Source: Macrostomum lignano
Lineage: Eukaryota
Assembly: GCA_002269645.1 (NCBI GenBank)
Contig: NIVC01001145.1
Coordinates: 124,001-188,000 of the forward strand
Length of the DNA stretch: 64,000 bases
Direction: 5' to 3'
In this document: positions 1 to 12,164 of the stretch, one piece after another
Layout: every line of letters starts with the position of its first letter
How positions within the stretch are numbered: the stretch's first letter is position 1
Notes under the pieces: generated by a model
The model's input: only the letters and a program-made list of their open reading frames with translations
What the model was told of the DNA's origin: nothing
Database searches by the model: none
Program-made: the position numbers and the translations under genes

Positions 1-3000
1 CGCCCCAATCCTTTAAAATTCAGGGCATCCGAGTCTATCCAACCAGGGCCGGCAATCTATTTTCACTGTCGGCAAAGATCAAAGGCCTACCAGACACTCT
101 GTGGGACGGTGGCGTATTGAAGCTCAGACTAAGATTCTCCGAGAGCTACAATTATGTGCCACCTGAGGCTAATTTTGTGACTGTGCCATTTCATCCTAAT
201 GGTAAGATATGTTTTTATTATTTATTACTATAGTGCTAAGACTACAAAGATTATTTTTAAACTTACTTAGTGATTAGGGTGTATTAGGGTAATGTCCCGA
301 AGTTAGTTCAGTCAAAAATGTATTTTATTCCCAAAACAATACTCGTTTAGTTTGATTGCGAGCTATTATTGATCTTTGTGTAGTTTTTCAAGAGCTCTGT
401 TAAAAAATACCCGCAACATGAATTTTATAGTACTAACAGTGGTCCTACGACTTGTGCGTTGATTATAAAAGTAATTTGTTTAAAAAGGATTCGGGACCCC
501 AAATCCCGGGATTTCGGGATCCCGGGATCCCGGGATTGCAATCCCCAGTACCAATCTATATTTTCGCTTTGCCATTCGCAGTTGAACCGGACACTGGTCG
601 TGTTGCATGTCCTTATCTGGACGATCCGCAGAAATGGAACGCGTCAGTTTCTTTAGCCGATTTATTGAGCAGCATTCAACAGCAGCTAACTGAGCCAAAT
701 GCTCAGCTAATATTGAATCCCGAGGCTGCCGAAATGATGAGCACTGATTATGAGCAATATAAAAGCGTAGTTGCTCAGTGCGTACAAATGAGCCAAATTG
801 TTGAAAGTGAGTTTGCGTCTTGTATTTTGCTTTTTTAGGTTAGTGTTAGTTAATTATTGTCATTTTTAACTACATTATCATGTTTTAATTTTAATAAATA
901 ATAACATTTATTGTCTTTTTAGCTACAGAAGTCGCCATTTCTCCACCAAATCCGCCCGCAAAGCCTTTGCGAGCTGGCATCGTAGTTTCTATGTGTAATT
1001 TTTTCAGTGAATTAGAAAATTATTTTTGTTTGTTTGTTGACTGTGCCAGTATTTTAGCCAATTTAACTATAAGCGGTGTTAAATACAAGCCAAATTATTC
1101 ATAGCACAATATATTTTGCTATTTAAAGTCCCGCATACATACATTGAGACCGAGATAAAATGAAAAGCTGGTTGGTAATATTAAGGTCGCGTTAACTTTG
1201 CTTGAACCCATTCGCACTTTCGCGATAAGATAAATATAGTTAGGGTAGAGGAAGGATTGGTTGACGGCCCAACCAGATCGATAAAACAGTCACCCACCCC
1301 CATCTAGCCAGCAGCGATTAAGTGAAGTTGGCGGGGTAGGAAAGAGGTTTGAGGCCGATAATAAAATCGATAAAAAAACACCCACCCACCCCTGTGACTG
1401 TACATGACCAGCAGCGATAAATATAAGTTGACTGGAGGTTAGGAAAGTCGGGTTGGTGGACTACCAGCTAATCGATAATAAACTCACCCACCCCATTCCA
1501 TCCGGGCCTATTGGACTATGGCGCTTAGGGGGCCAGAGTGTACATTAGTCTATAGGGCTTGGTAGGGGCAGGACAATAGTGTACATTGTCTATGGAAAAG
1601 GTCAATTTGACAAAACAGTTAATTAAGTGCAGATTTGACAAAACAGTTAATTAAGTACAGATGAAAATAGAAGCTTTTGAATTCGCGGAAGTGCGCCGAT
1701 TATCATTAATAGAAGCTTTTATTAATTACTGTGGAATCATGCCTACCTTTATTAGTAATACTATAAGAAATCTATTAATGTCAGAGTAAATTACTAACAT
1801 GACTTCTTAGATAAGTGATTTTTATTCGAAATCATGCTATTTACCACCACCACTATCGGATATTGTTTCTTAATATTATCTGAGGAAACCTGACTCAATT
1901 ATTAACGGAAAACATGCTTTACATGAATCCATGCTTAAATTAGTTACACCTTTGTTTAACAAGTATATTTCAGTTTTTTATTTTCAAATTAAATCTTCCA
2001 GACTCCCCAGACAAGCTGCGACCATTCTCTCCATCGGGCGACGACGAGAATCCCGATGCGTCTGGCGGTGTGCGTCAACCCGTAGAGATCGAATACGATT
2101 TGGACTATTTGAACCGACCGCCGCCTAAGCCGCAGAAACCATCCCAAAGAAAGATTAGCTTTGAAACGTACCACGCCGGTTGGAGTAAATTGGCTACTTC
2201 TAAGACTGTCGATCGAGAACCGTTCAATCCTGGTCGGTTTTATAGGGGTTGGGGACATTTAGGGTACATTTTTCGATCGAGCTTGGTGGGCAGAATGTAC
2301 ATTTATCTATGAGGCTTGGGGGCCAGAGTGTACATTTGTATATGTGACTTAAGGGTAGAGTGTACATTTGTCTGAGGCTTGGTAGGACAAGAGTGTACAT
2401 ATCATTTTAGCATGGGGCTTGAGGGCCGAAGGTACATTTGTCTATGGGTGTAAAAGTAGTGTATATGTACATTTGTCTATGTGGTTGGACCAGGGTATAT
2501 ACGACGTATTTGTCTATAGGATTCAGAATTTAAGATTAAGTTTAAGTATGTTTCTCATTTAATTTTTTTCAGCTTCCGTATGGCACTCCGACACTTTGTC
2601 AGCTAAGATGGAAAGGTAATAGTGTGCAGGCTAGCTACTAGATTAGTAGCTTAATAATTTTGAAACTATCTTAATTTTTGCTGACCAATTAACTTCAGTC
2701 ACCGTCGTTTAAAATACGGAAATTCTGGTCAGCCAAAGCAGAAACAGCAGCAGAAACAGTTGGAATCAAATCTTGAGCGGTTGGATCAGATGCGGCGTAT
2801 CTATTTGGCCCAGAGGCACGCCTCCAGTGAGTGTTTTTTCTGAACTTTTATCTTTTTTACCTCGCTGTTTACACAGGGCTCGTAAATATCCTGATTCTCG
2901 ACTTTCTAGCAAAAACATATTTTATCATCTTCGATTCATCTGAATCTCATTAGTTGCTGGGCCAGCCTCCCAGATCCTAAGTTGCTGGGCCAGCTTCCCA

Positions 3001-3640
3001 GATCCTCAGTTGCTGGGCCAGCTTCCCAGATCCTCAGTTGCTGGGCCAGCTTCCCAGATCCTCAGTTGCTGGACCAGCCTCCCAGATCCTCAGTTGCTGG
3101 GCCAGCCTCCCAGATCCTCAGTTGCTGGGCCAGCCTCCCAGATCCTCAGTTTCTGGGCCAGCTTCCCAGATCAGTTGCTGGACCAGCCTCCCAGATCCTC
3201 AGTTGCTGGGCCAGCTTCCCAGATCAGTTGCTGGACCAGCCTCCCAGATCCTCAGTTGGTGGGCCAGCCTCCCAGATCCTCAGTTGCTGGACCAGCCTCC
3301 CAGATCCTCAGTTGCTATGCCAGCCTCCCAGATCCTCAGTTGCTGGGCCAGCCTCCCAGATCCTCAGTTGTTGGGTTATCTTCTCAGATACTTAATCACT
3401 TAGATATAGAAATATTGATTTACAAAAAATTGCTGAATTGTCATTCACTGATAAAAAAATCATGCAGACGTCTCAACAAGCCGGTCTCTAATGAGCGACA
3501 TCAAAAAACAGCCGCAGCCGCCTCATCAGCGTTCTCAGCTGCATCAGTTTGACGATGAAGAAGACGAAGTGGAGGCTGAGGATCTGGTCCAGTGGACTCG
3601 AGATTTGCCCAACGATGAGGCGGAGAGAATTAAGGCCTGA
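1..3640 (+). CDS. UBE2U: Ubiquitin-conjugating enzyme E2 U-like, 5' end outside the window. Exons <1-201, 582-806, 923-994 (uncertain), 2002-2232, 2573-2615, 2699-2826, 3468-3640
   Basis: Spliced translation gives GLPDTLWDGGVLKLRLRFSESYNYVPPEANFVTVPFHPN/VEPDTGRVACPYLDDPQKWN...NPEAA (UBC fold). It also has KISFETYHAGWSKLATSK and C-terminal EVEAEDLVQWTRDL, matching remembered UBE2U-specific motifs (SFSDYYQTWSRIATSK, EEVEDLISWT). GT-AG junctions are phase-compatible. Confidence 0.88.
2953..3372. repeat. 28-bp minisatellite CCTCAGTTGCTGGGCCAGCCTCCCAGAT (last UBE2U intron)
   Basis: Tandem copies read directly. Confidence 0.95.
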
Positions 3641-3894
3641 ACAATTCTTACATAGAAACTGCCGTTTGCTTACTATTTTTTAAGTTCTTTTCGACTGAAT
3701 TGGGGGCTATTTAACAGAGAACAAGTTGCGCTGTGATACAGACTACAGACTTATTTTCGTTATTTTTTCACTTCTACAAGTGTTACCTTTTCCTTTTCCT
3801 AATTCCTGTTATTGCGTTCCGTCCAAACTTAAAGATAAATATTATCGAATTCAGTTTTTTTGTTACTAGCAAACACAGATGGAATTGATTTATT

Positions 3895-4195
3895 TGACTG
3901 ACTGACTGACTGACTGACTGACTTGAGTGACTGACTGACTGACTGACTGACTGACTGACTGACTGACTGACTGACTGACTGACTGACTGACTGACTGACT
4001 GACTGACTGACTGACTGACTGACTGACTGACTGACTGACTGACTGACTGACTGACTGACTGACTGACTGACTGACTGACTGACTGACTGACTGACTGACT
4101 GACTGACTGACTGACTGACTGACTGACTGACTGACTGACTGACTGACTGACTGACTGACTGACTGACTGACTGACTGACTGACTGACTGACTGAT
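3895..4195. repeat. (GACT)n microsatellite
   Basis: Read directly. Confidence 0.97.
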
Positions 4196-4271
4196 TTTAG
4201 TGATGTTCTCACACTAAAAGCATTCCTAACCTGCTTTTTCAGCTCCAGCGTGTACCCAAGCAGCCTAAGCC

Positions 4272-5600
4272 ATGTCATCCGAAGCTGAGTGGGAGCTCTG
4301 GTACTGGCCTCTAGCCGGTCGAGGCGAGTTCGTTCGCCTCATGTTTGAAGAGGCCGGAGTCGCCTACAAAGAAGTGAACGATCCCCAGCCGCTGACTGAT
4401 AAATTTAAAGGCCAAAGTAAGGTTGGTTGGCCCGTGTTCGCTGTGCCTATGATAAAGAATGGTGAGTGAGAGCATAAGTGTAAAATATTTTTTTAAAGAA
4501 TAAACAGAGGGAAACGATTTTGAGCAGTGAGAACAGCCATTGGCAGAGGCAGTCACAGTCACGTATAGATAGAAATAGAAACAGCCATGACCCATGAGCA
4601 GTGCGGGAAAATCATGAGCAGATGAAAAGGAATCATGACTAGATGAGAAGGAATCATGAGCAGATAAGAAGGAATCATGCCTAGATGAGAAGGAATCATG
4701 AGCAGATAAGAAGAGGAATCATGACTAGATGAGAAGGAATCATGAGCAGATGAGAAGGAATCATGAGCAGATAAGAAGGAATCATGACTAGATGAGAAGG
4801 AATCATGAGCAGATAAGAAGGAATCATGACTAGATGAGAAGGAATCATGAGCAGATAAGAATAGAATAGAAGATAGAATAGAATAGAATAGAATAGAAGA
4901 TAAGAATAAGAACGGGAAGGAGTAATGAGCAGCTAGTAATACTGAAGCAGATTTATAGAGACTTAGACAATCATGAACGGGCGGTTAAATTGATTGATGG
5001 TAGGCTACATGTACTTAAGTGAGTAGTATAGAAAGCATGATAGCGACTTTAATCTATGGGATTGCAAATGTTGCCGCAGGCGATTTCGAGCTTGGCCAGA
5101 CTGGCACAGTGTGCCGCTACCTGGGCAAGCAGTTCGGCCTGTTCCCAGCCAGCGAGGCCGATCAATTCCGCGCTGACCAGCTGTGCACCACTGTGATGGA
5201 CTACATTGCCGAGGGTCGGTTAGCCTTTCACGGCAAAAATCATTACGAAACCTACTATAATCAGCAAGAGTTCACCCAGCCCTATATCGATTATTTTATT
5301 GCTAATCGTATACCAAAGTTCCTGCCGCACTTTGAAGCCACTCTGCGTTATAACAATGCTGACAAGCCAGAGAGCGCCGATTCGCTGTACTGTTTTGGCA
5401 ACAGTTTAACCTACGTAGACCTGTGCCTGTTGCACGTGCTACGCGCCACAGAGTCGCAATTCCCGGACGCTTGGAAGGCCAATATTTCGTCTTATCCGTT
5501 GTTGGCCCGATTTAAACAGCAGATGGAGTCGAGGCCCCGGCTGAAGGCCTATTTCGCTTCAGCCAGATGTAGGCCGTTCGAGGGCAACAGCATGATGTGA
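4272..5600 (+). CDS. GST: Glutathione S-transferase (Tyr-type, sigma/pi-like N-domain). Exons 4272-4461 and 5080-5600
   Basis: WYWPLAGRGEFVRLMFEEAG N-terminal motif; VPMIKNG/DFELGQTGTVCRYLG (cis-Pro and QT motif); C-terminal GNSLTYVDL and RPRLKAYFAS. Phase-1 intron gtgagt...gcag. Confidence 0.92.
4600..4900. repeat. GAAGGAATCATGA-based minisatellite plus (AATAG)n in the GST intron
   Basis: Read directly. Confidence 0.9.
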
Positions 5601-5895
5601 TTGCGTTAGCGAGATTTCTGTGACTATTAAAAACAATATTTTGTAGATTCCTCCGTAGAATTTATTAAACATACATTTTTACACTTTTCGTCTACTATTA
5701 GTAGGATGACGTAGCCGTGTGCTTCTTAAATAAAATATTCTATTGTGGCAAAATATTTTAATAAATCGTAGGCATTATAGCAACTATACTATACTTATTA
5801 TTAGTACTATAATTAGAAACCTATTTATTAATTTCATTTCAAATATACTGTTTTTTTTCAACTATTTTCTCTATTTACAAATAATTAATCTACAT

Positions 5896-7813
5896 TTAAA
5901 AAAACTCAACAAATCTATAGAATCGTTTATTTTGGTTTGCCCAATTGGTAGTTAATACAACAAAGATTGATATATTTGCTGCTATTAGCAGTAGTATTAC
6001 AACAAAATGATTGTTGACGAGGTAGTGTCTGGGTTGCAATCGAATGTTGAGTCCAAGTGTTCTCATTGTTCCGTTAGTGCCAAAACGGGCTTCTACTGAT
6101 GCCGCAGCTGCTTGGCGATTTTCTGCACCGCTTCTGGCATCGTTTCTGACATTTGCGGTATCGTCGCCTCTGATGCCGGAGGCGATTCTTCTTGCGCTGA
6201 CGCCGGCACTCGCTGCGGCAGTGGCATTTGCGAGCTTGACGGCGCTTGTCCGCTGCATGCAAATTTTGCGGGTGGGTCCGGTAATGTGTGCTGTTGCTCT
6301 CGTTAGGAAGAGACTGCTGGACTTTCTCAGAGACTAATGGACTTGGTCAGAGACTGCTGGACTTTCTCAGAGACAAATGGATTTATTCAGAGACTGCTGG
6401 ACTTTCTCAGAGACTAATGGACTTGGTCAGAGACTGCTGGACTTTCTCAGAGACAAATGGATTTATTCAGAGACTGCTGGACTTTCTCAGAGACTAATGG
6501 ACTTGGTCAGAGACTGCTGGACTTTCTCAGAGACAAATGGATTTATTCAGAGACTGCTGGACTTTCTCAGAGACTAATGGACTTGGTCAGAGACTGCTGG
6601 ACTTTCTCAGAGACTAATGGACTTGGTCAGAGACTGCTGGACTTTCTCAGAGACTAATGGACTTGGTCAAAGACTGCTGGACTTTCTCAGAGACTATTGG
6701 ATTTGGTCAGAGACTATTGGATTTGGTCAGAGACTATTGGATTTGGTCAGAGACTATTGGATTTGGTCAGAGACTATTGGATTTGGTCAGAGACTATTGG
6801 ATTTGGTCAGAGACTACTGGATTTGGTCAGAGACTATTGGATTTGGTCAGAGACTATTGGATTTGGTCAGAGACTATTGGATTTGGTCAGAGACTATTGG
6901 ATTTGGTCAGAGACTATTGGATTTGGTCAGAGACTACTGGATTTGGTCAGAGACTATTGGATTTGGTCAGAGACTATTGGATTTGGTCAGAGACTACTGG
7001 ATTTGGTCAGAGACTATTGGATTTGGTCAGAGACTATTGGATTTGGTCAGAGACTACTGGATTTGGTCAGAGACTATTGGATTTGGTCAGAGACTATTGG
7101 ACTTTCTCAAAGACCAGTGGACTTGGTCAAAATTATTTGAAATAGTCAACAGCCAATACACATTGTCATTGCCCACATGTATTGACTGGACTTCGACAAA
7201 TACGTTGGCTTGAATCAGAGACAAATTGATTATTGCTCAAGAGAATCAAGACTACTGAACTAGACAGAAATTAAAGGAAATCGCTCACCCATTGACAAGC
7301 AGGCCTTTTTAAAGTGCCGCTGCATGACAATCATTCTTCTATTGGCCAGCAGCGGCCAATAGAAAGTCATGTGCATCTCAAATCCGGTGATGCCGGAGAT
7401 GAGATTGGTGCATTGCAGTTCGATAAAAAATCCTGCAAGGAATAAATCAAATAAAAAACCCATGTCTTATCTGGCTACTCATATAAGTAGAAATGCAAGT
7501 TTTCAATCTCTCACCAGCTCCCTGCATGGCTGGTACGTATCCTTGTGTCGTAATGCTTAGCATTGGCGTCTCCAAAACTGTTGTGTTGTGCGACTTCAAT
7601 CTAATTAGTCGGTAATAAACCTGAAGGCGTGAAAATTTGTCAAAATAACCGGCTAGATACAATGAAGAAACGTGTTTCTGCTTTAATTGTTTCGAGTGTG
7701 CATTGATTAAGCGTCTGCCATTTTTGTAGTATCTATTCATATGTATGTACAGTTTCTCTCCTAACGTTTCTTAGTGTCTTAGTGTCTGTCTGTCTGTCTA
7801 TCTTTTTGTTTGA

Positions 7814-7857
<44 letters not shown>

Positions 7858-7912
7858 GTGTCTGCCTGTCTGTCTGTCTGTCTGTCTGTCTGTGTGTCTT
7901 TCTGTCTGTCCG

Positions 7913-7949
<37 letters not shown>

Positions 7950-8338
7950 CGTCTTTAGTGTCTTAGTATCACTGGCACTGCACTAACCTGACTCTCCTCG
8001 TAGGATCCCGCTGCCGAGCTCCAGTTGAATCTGATTTTATTCACATTAAATGCCAGAGCGATGCCCCTGGCCGATACGAAGTCCACTGTTGGATACAGGA
8101 GTGCCGTGCCGTTCTCAACCAGCGGATATGTTGGCTGCGTGAGGGCCCGGTGAAAAGGGCTGGAGCGCTCTGCGGTGCAGTGTGAGGGGCGAAATTGCGA
8201 TCAGGGTGTGTATTGATTTGCTGACAGGTTTTCTAGATACATCTTAATGGATGAATGCCAACAGATAGTCCGAAAGGCATGCACAAAGACAGAAAGTCAG
8301 ACAGACAGTCAGACAGACAGACAGACAGACAGACAGTC

Positions 8339-8390
<52 letters not shown>

Positions 8391-8474
8391 GGACAGACAG
8401 ACAAACAGACAGTCAGACAGACAGACAGACAGACAGACAGATAGACAAACAGACAGACAGTCAGACAGACAGAC

Positions 8475-8507
<33 letters not shown>

Positions 8508-8508
8508 C

Positions 8509-8556
<48 letters not shown>

Positions 8557-8633
8557 CGGACAGACAGGCAGACACACAGACAGACAGACACACAGTCAGA
8601 CAGACAGACAGACAGACAGACAGACACACAGTC

Positions 8634-8670
<37 letters not shown>

Positions 8671-8673
8671 GTC

Positions 8674-8718
<45 letters not shown>

Positions 8719-8942
8719 GTCAGACAGACAGACAGACACGCAGCTCGGCGCCACTCACTGGGCCTGCAGCGGTTGGCCTTGTGCGGCTTCCTAGACATGA
8801 TAAACTGCATCCAGTCGAACACCCCAGCCAGAGTCGATCTGTCCAGCCAGACGTTCAAGCCGCTGGTCTCTGGCGTGTTGGCCAGCAGCAGCAGTGCCAC
8901 AGTCGGCAGAAATGTTGCCAGCATCGTTGATGAGGCTGGCAT
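5896..8942 (-). CDS. WIF1: Signal-peptide WIF (Wnt inhibitory factor) domain protein. Exons 8942-8759, 8169-7988, 7620-7515, 7432-7289; terminal exon 6290-5896 (TM reading) or ~6313-6074 (basic Cys-rich reading)
   Basis: Signal peptide MLATFLPTVALLLLANTPETSG, then LNVWLD...IRFNWSSAAG...RLKS...TPMLSITTQGYVP...FFIELQCT...GITGFE...HFKKAC. This matches the WIF1/RYK WIF pattern (LYLWID, NFTW.AA, P.VN...G.VP, C...G...FE, F.K.C). The first four exons join in phase; the last exon is ambiguous. Confidence 0.8.
6310..7130. repeat. 20-bp minisatellite (TCAGAGACTATTGGATTTGG) with a 40-bp higher-order variant block, in a WIF intron
   Basis: Read directly. Confidence 0.95.
7785..8738. repeat. (TCTG)n at 7785-7950 and (GACA)n at 8290-8738, in WIF introns on either side of exon 2
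   Basis: Read directly. The two tracts are mutually complementary. Confidence 0.9.
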
Positions 8943-9514
8943 AACCTTGATATATACGGTACGTTTCTTCAGCGGTGAAGAATTAGAAGAGTTCGGTGTT
9001 TCGCTCTTAGCCAGCAGAAGCGGGCCACATTAACATATGCGTCTGGTCTTCAGTTCGTACAATTTATACTCGTATGCATAAATTTCGACCTAAAACGACG
9101 AGGCAGCGTTTTCTAATTGGACGCACAAATAAAATGAGACGGAGACTCTCCATACTTAATTCGCGTGGGGGGAGGCAGGAGCCAAGAGGGCGAGAAACGC
9201 AAGAGATATAGGGGGGAGAGAGACTGGGGCGGCCACAATAGGCAATTCCAGAGCAAAGCGGAAGGTGTAGGTGGAGCTCATTAGTTTTATAGCTAATGCC
9301 ACAGGCTGGTCGAGTAGCCAGCTTTCTTAGAACGATAAAAGAAAATGCAAGCTCAACTCCAGCATGCAAAATTGTTCAGCAAAATGTACTGATGCGCCCA
9401 CTGTCAGTCATTGGTGCCACAAGAACTGCAAACTGCGAACGCCTACGCAAATATGCACAAAATGTGATTCAGTGCACCCAGTGCCATGTCAGGCCTCTTG
9501 TGTGAGCAACATGT

Positions 9515-10983
9515 ATGTCAACACTGCTCCCAGCTTGCTGTCAACACTGCTCCCAGCTTGCTGTCAACACTGCTCCCAGCTTGCTGTCAACACTGCTCCC
9601 AGCTTGCTGTCAACACTGCTCCAAGCTTATTGTCAACACTGCTCCCAGCTTGCTGTCAACACTGCTCCCAGCTTGCTGTCAACACTGCTCCCAGCTTGCT
9701 GTCAACACTGCTCCCAGCTTATTGTCAACACTGCTCCCAGCTTGCTGTCAACACTGCTCCCAGCTTGCTGTCAACACTGCTCCCAGCTTGCTGTCAACAC
9801 TGCTCCCAGCTTGCTGTCAACACTGCCCCCAGCTTATTGTCAACACTGCTCCCAGCTTATTGTCAACACTGCTCCCAGCTTGCTGTCAACACTGCTCCCA
9901 GCTTGCTGTCAACACTGCTCCCAGCTTGCTGTCAACACTGCTCCCAGCTTGCTGTCAACACTGCTCCCAGCTTGCTGTCAACACTGCTCCCAGCTTGCTG
10001 TCAACACTGCTCCCAGCTTGCTGTCAACACTGCTCCCAGCTTATTGTCAACACTGCTCCCAGCTTGCTGTCAACACTGCTCCCAGCTTGCTGTCAACACT
10101 GCTCCCAGCTTGCTGTCAACACTGCTCCCAGCTTATTGTCAACACTGCTCCCAGCTTGCTGTCAACACTGCTCCCAGCTTGCTGTCAACACTGCTCCCAG
10201 CTTGCTGTCAACACTGCTCCCAGCTTATTGTCAACACTGCTCCCAGCTTGCTGTCAACACTGCTCCCAGCTTGCTGTCAACACTGCTCCAAGCTTATTGT
10301 CAACACTGCTCCCAGCTTGCTGTCAACACTGCTCCCAGCTTGCTGTCAACACTGCTCCCAGCTTGCTGTCAACACTGCTCCCAGCTTATTGTCAACACTG
10401 CTCCCAGCTTGCTGTCAACACTGCTCCCAGCTTGCTGTCAACACTGCTCCCAGCTTGCTGTCAACACTGCTCCCAGCTTGCTGTCAACACTGCTCCCAGC
10501 TTATTGTCAACACTGCTCCCAGCTTGCTGTCAACACTGCTCCCAGCTTGCTGTCAACACTGCTCCCAGCTTGCTGTCAACACTGCTCCCAGCTTGCTGTC
10601 AACACTGCTCCCAGCTTATTGTCAACACTGCTCCCAGCTTGCTGTCAACACTGCTCCCAGCTTGCTGTCAACACTGCTCCCAGCTTATTGTCAACACTGC
10701 TCCCAGCTTATTGTCAACACTGCTCCCAGCTTGCTGTCAACACTGCTCCCAGCTTGCTGTCAACACTGCTCCCAGCTTGCTGTCAACACTGCTCCCAGCT
10801 TGCTGTCAACACTGCTCCCAGCTTGCTGTCAACACTGCTCCCAGCTTGCTGTCAACACTGCTCCCAGCTTGCTGTCAACACTGCTCCCAGCTTGCTGTCA
10901 ACACTGCTCCCAGCTTGCTGTCAACACTGCTCCCAGCTTGCTGTCAACACTGCTCCCAGCTTGCGTCAACACTGCTCCCAGCT
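9515..10983. repeat. 23-bp minisatellite TGCTGTCAACACTGCTCCCAGCT
   Basis: About 60 tandem copies; it produces the artefactual 535-709 aa ORFs. Confidence 0.97.
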
Positions 10984-10999
10984 TGCGGTCATCATCACT

Positions 11000-11480
11000 G
11001 GCCTACTGTCTCACTACTCTCAGCACTGTCTCACTACTCTCAGCACTGTCTCACTACTCTCATCACTGTCTCACTACTCTCATCACTGTCTAACTACTCT
11101 CATCAGTTTCTCACTACTCTCATCACTGCCTCTCTACTCTCATCACTGTCTCACTACTCTCATCACTGTCTCCCTACTCTCATCACTGTCTCCCTACTCT
11201 CATCACTGTGTCTCACTACTCTCATCACTGTCTCCCTACTCTCATCACTGTCTCACTACTCTCATCACTGTCTCCCTACTCTCATCACTGTGTCTCACTA
11301 CTCTCATCACTTCTCCACTCTCTACTCTCACCAGGTCTCTACTCTCTACTTTCACCACGTTCTCTACTCTCTTCACGCGGTCTCTATACTCTACTCTCAT
11401 CGTACCGACCTGCTGTCTCCTTACTCTCTTCACGGTCTCTACTCTCATCACAGTCTCTACTCTACTCTCATCACGCGGTC
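11000..11480. repeat. 20-bp minisatellite ACTGTCTCACTACTCTCATC, degenerating 3'
   Basis: Read directly. Confidence 0.9.
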
Positions 11481-12164
11481 TCTACTACACTAGCTGTCTC
11501 AACTCTCATGACTGTCCTATATACTGCCTCCCCTAGTGCAGTGGCGTACAAGACCGTTAAGACAAAGTACAGTAATAAATACGCTATTTACTACTTCGTT
11601 TCACGCGTGAAAGAGCACTTTAGTTCAGCCGTGCAGTCAAGCACACCTCTTTTTCTGCTTTAAGCAGACACCTTAAAACCTAAGCTAGCCATGAATATTC
11701 TAATAATCCAATACTGCATTGCTGTGCGAGAATTTTGCATTGTCAGCTAAAATAAGTGAAATTTACAGATAGACTGTCGAAAACACTTCAATGTAAAAGC
11801 ACGTGTTTTTTCAGCGCTGCATTCCTTTCTTGAGCTTTGCTTTGCGTCCAGTTGAACTGCATGTACATGCATAAAAGATAAGGATACACTTTGAAAGGCG
11901 CGCTTGAAGGCGCTACACCTACATTGTGTACTCGTATAATAAAGCTTATTCAAGTGAATGACAAGCAATCTGTATGTCATAAAAAATCTAAAGTGTCGAG
12001 CTAATCGCAAATGGTGACTCAACTATTTAAATTATACATGTAATTAGAGGCACATATACTTGTTACACTACTGCAACTTTGAAAGTAGCATCAAACGAGG
12101 CCGACTAAAAGTAAGTTAAAACATGACGGCGTAGCTAATAAAGATGACTGGCGTCAGACAACTA

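Noticed and set aside
490-548. Palindromic GGGATCCC/GGGATTGCAATCCC cluster in UBE2U intron 1
   Set aside because: Looks like one end of a hAT-like MITE, but no matching second end or TSD was found, so it is not called as an element.
9364-11536. 535-709 aa Cys-rich ORFs in all three + frames
   Set aside because: Translation of 23-bp and 20-bp minisatellites; the same peptide appears in all frames.
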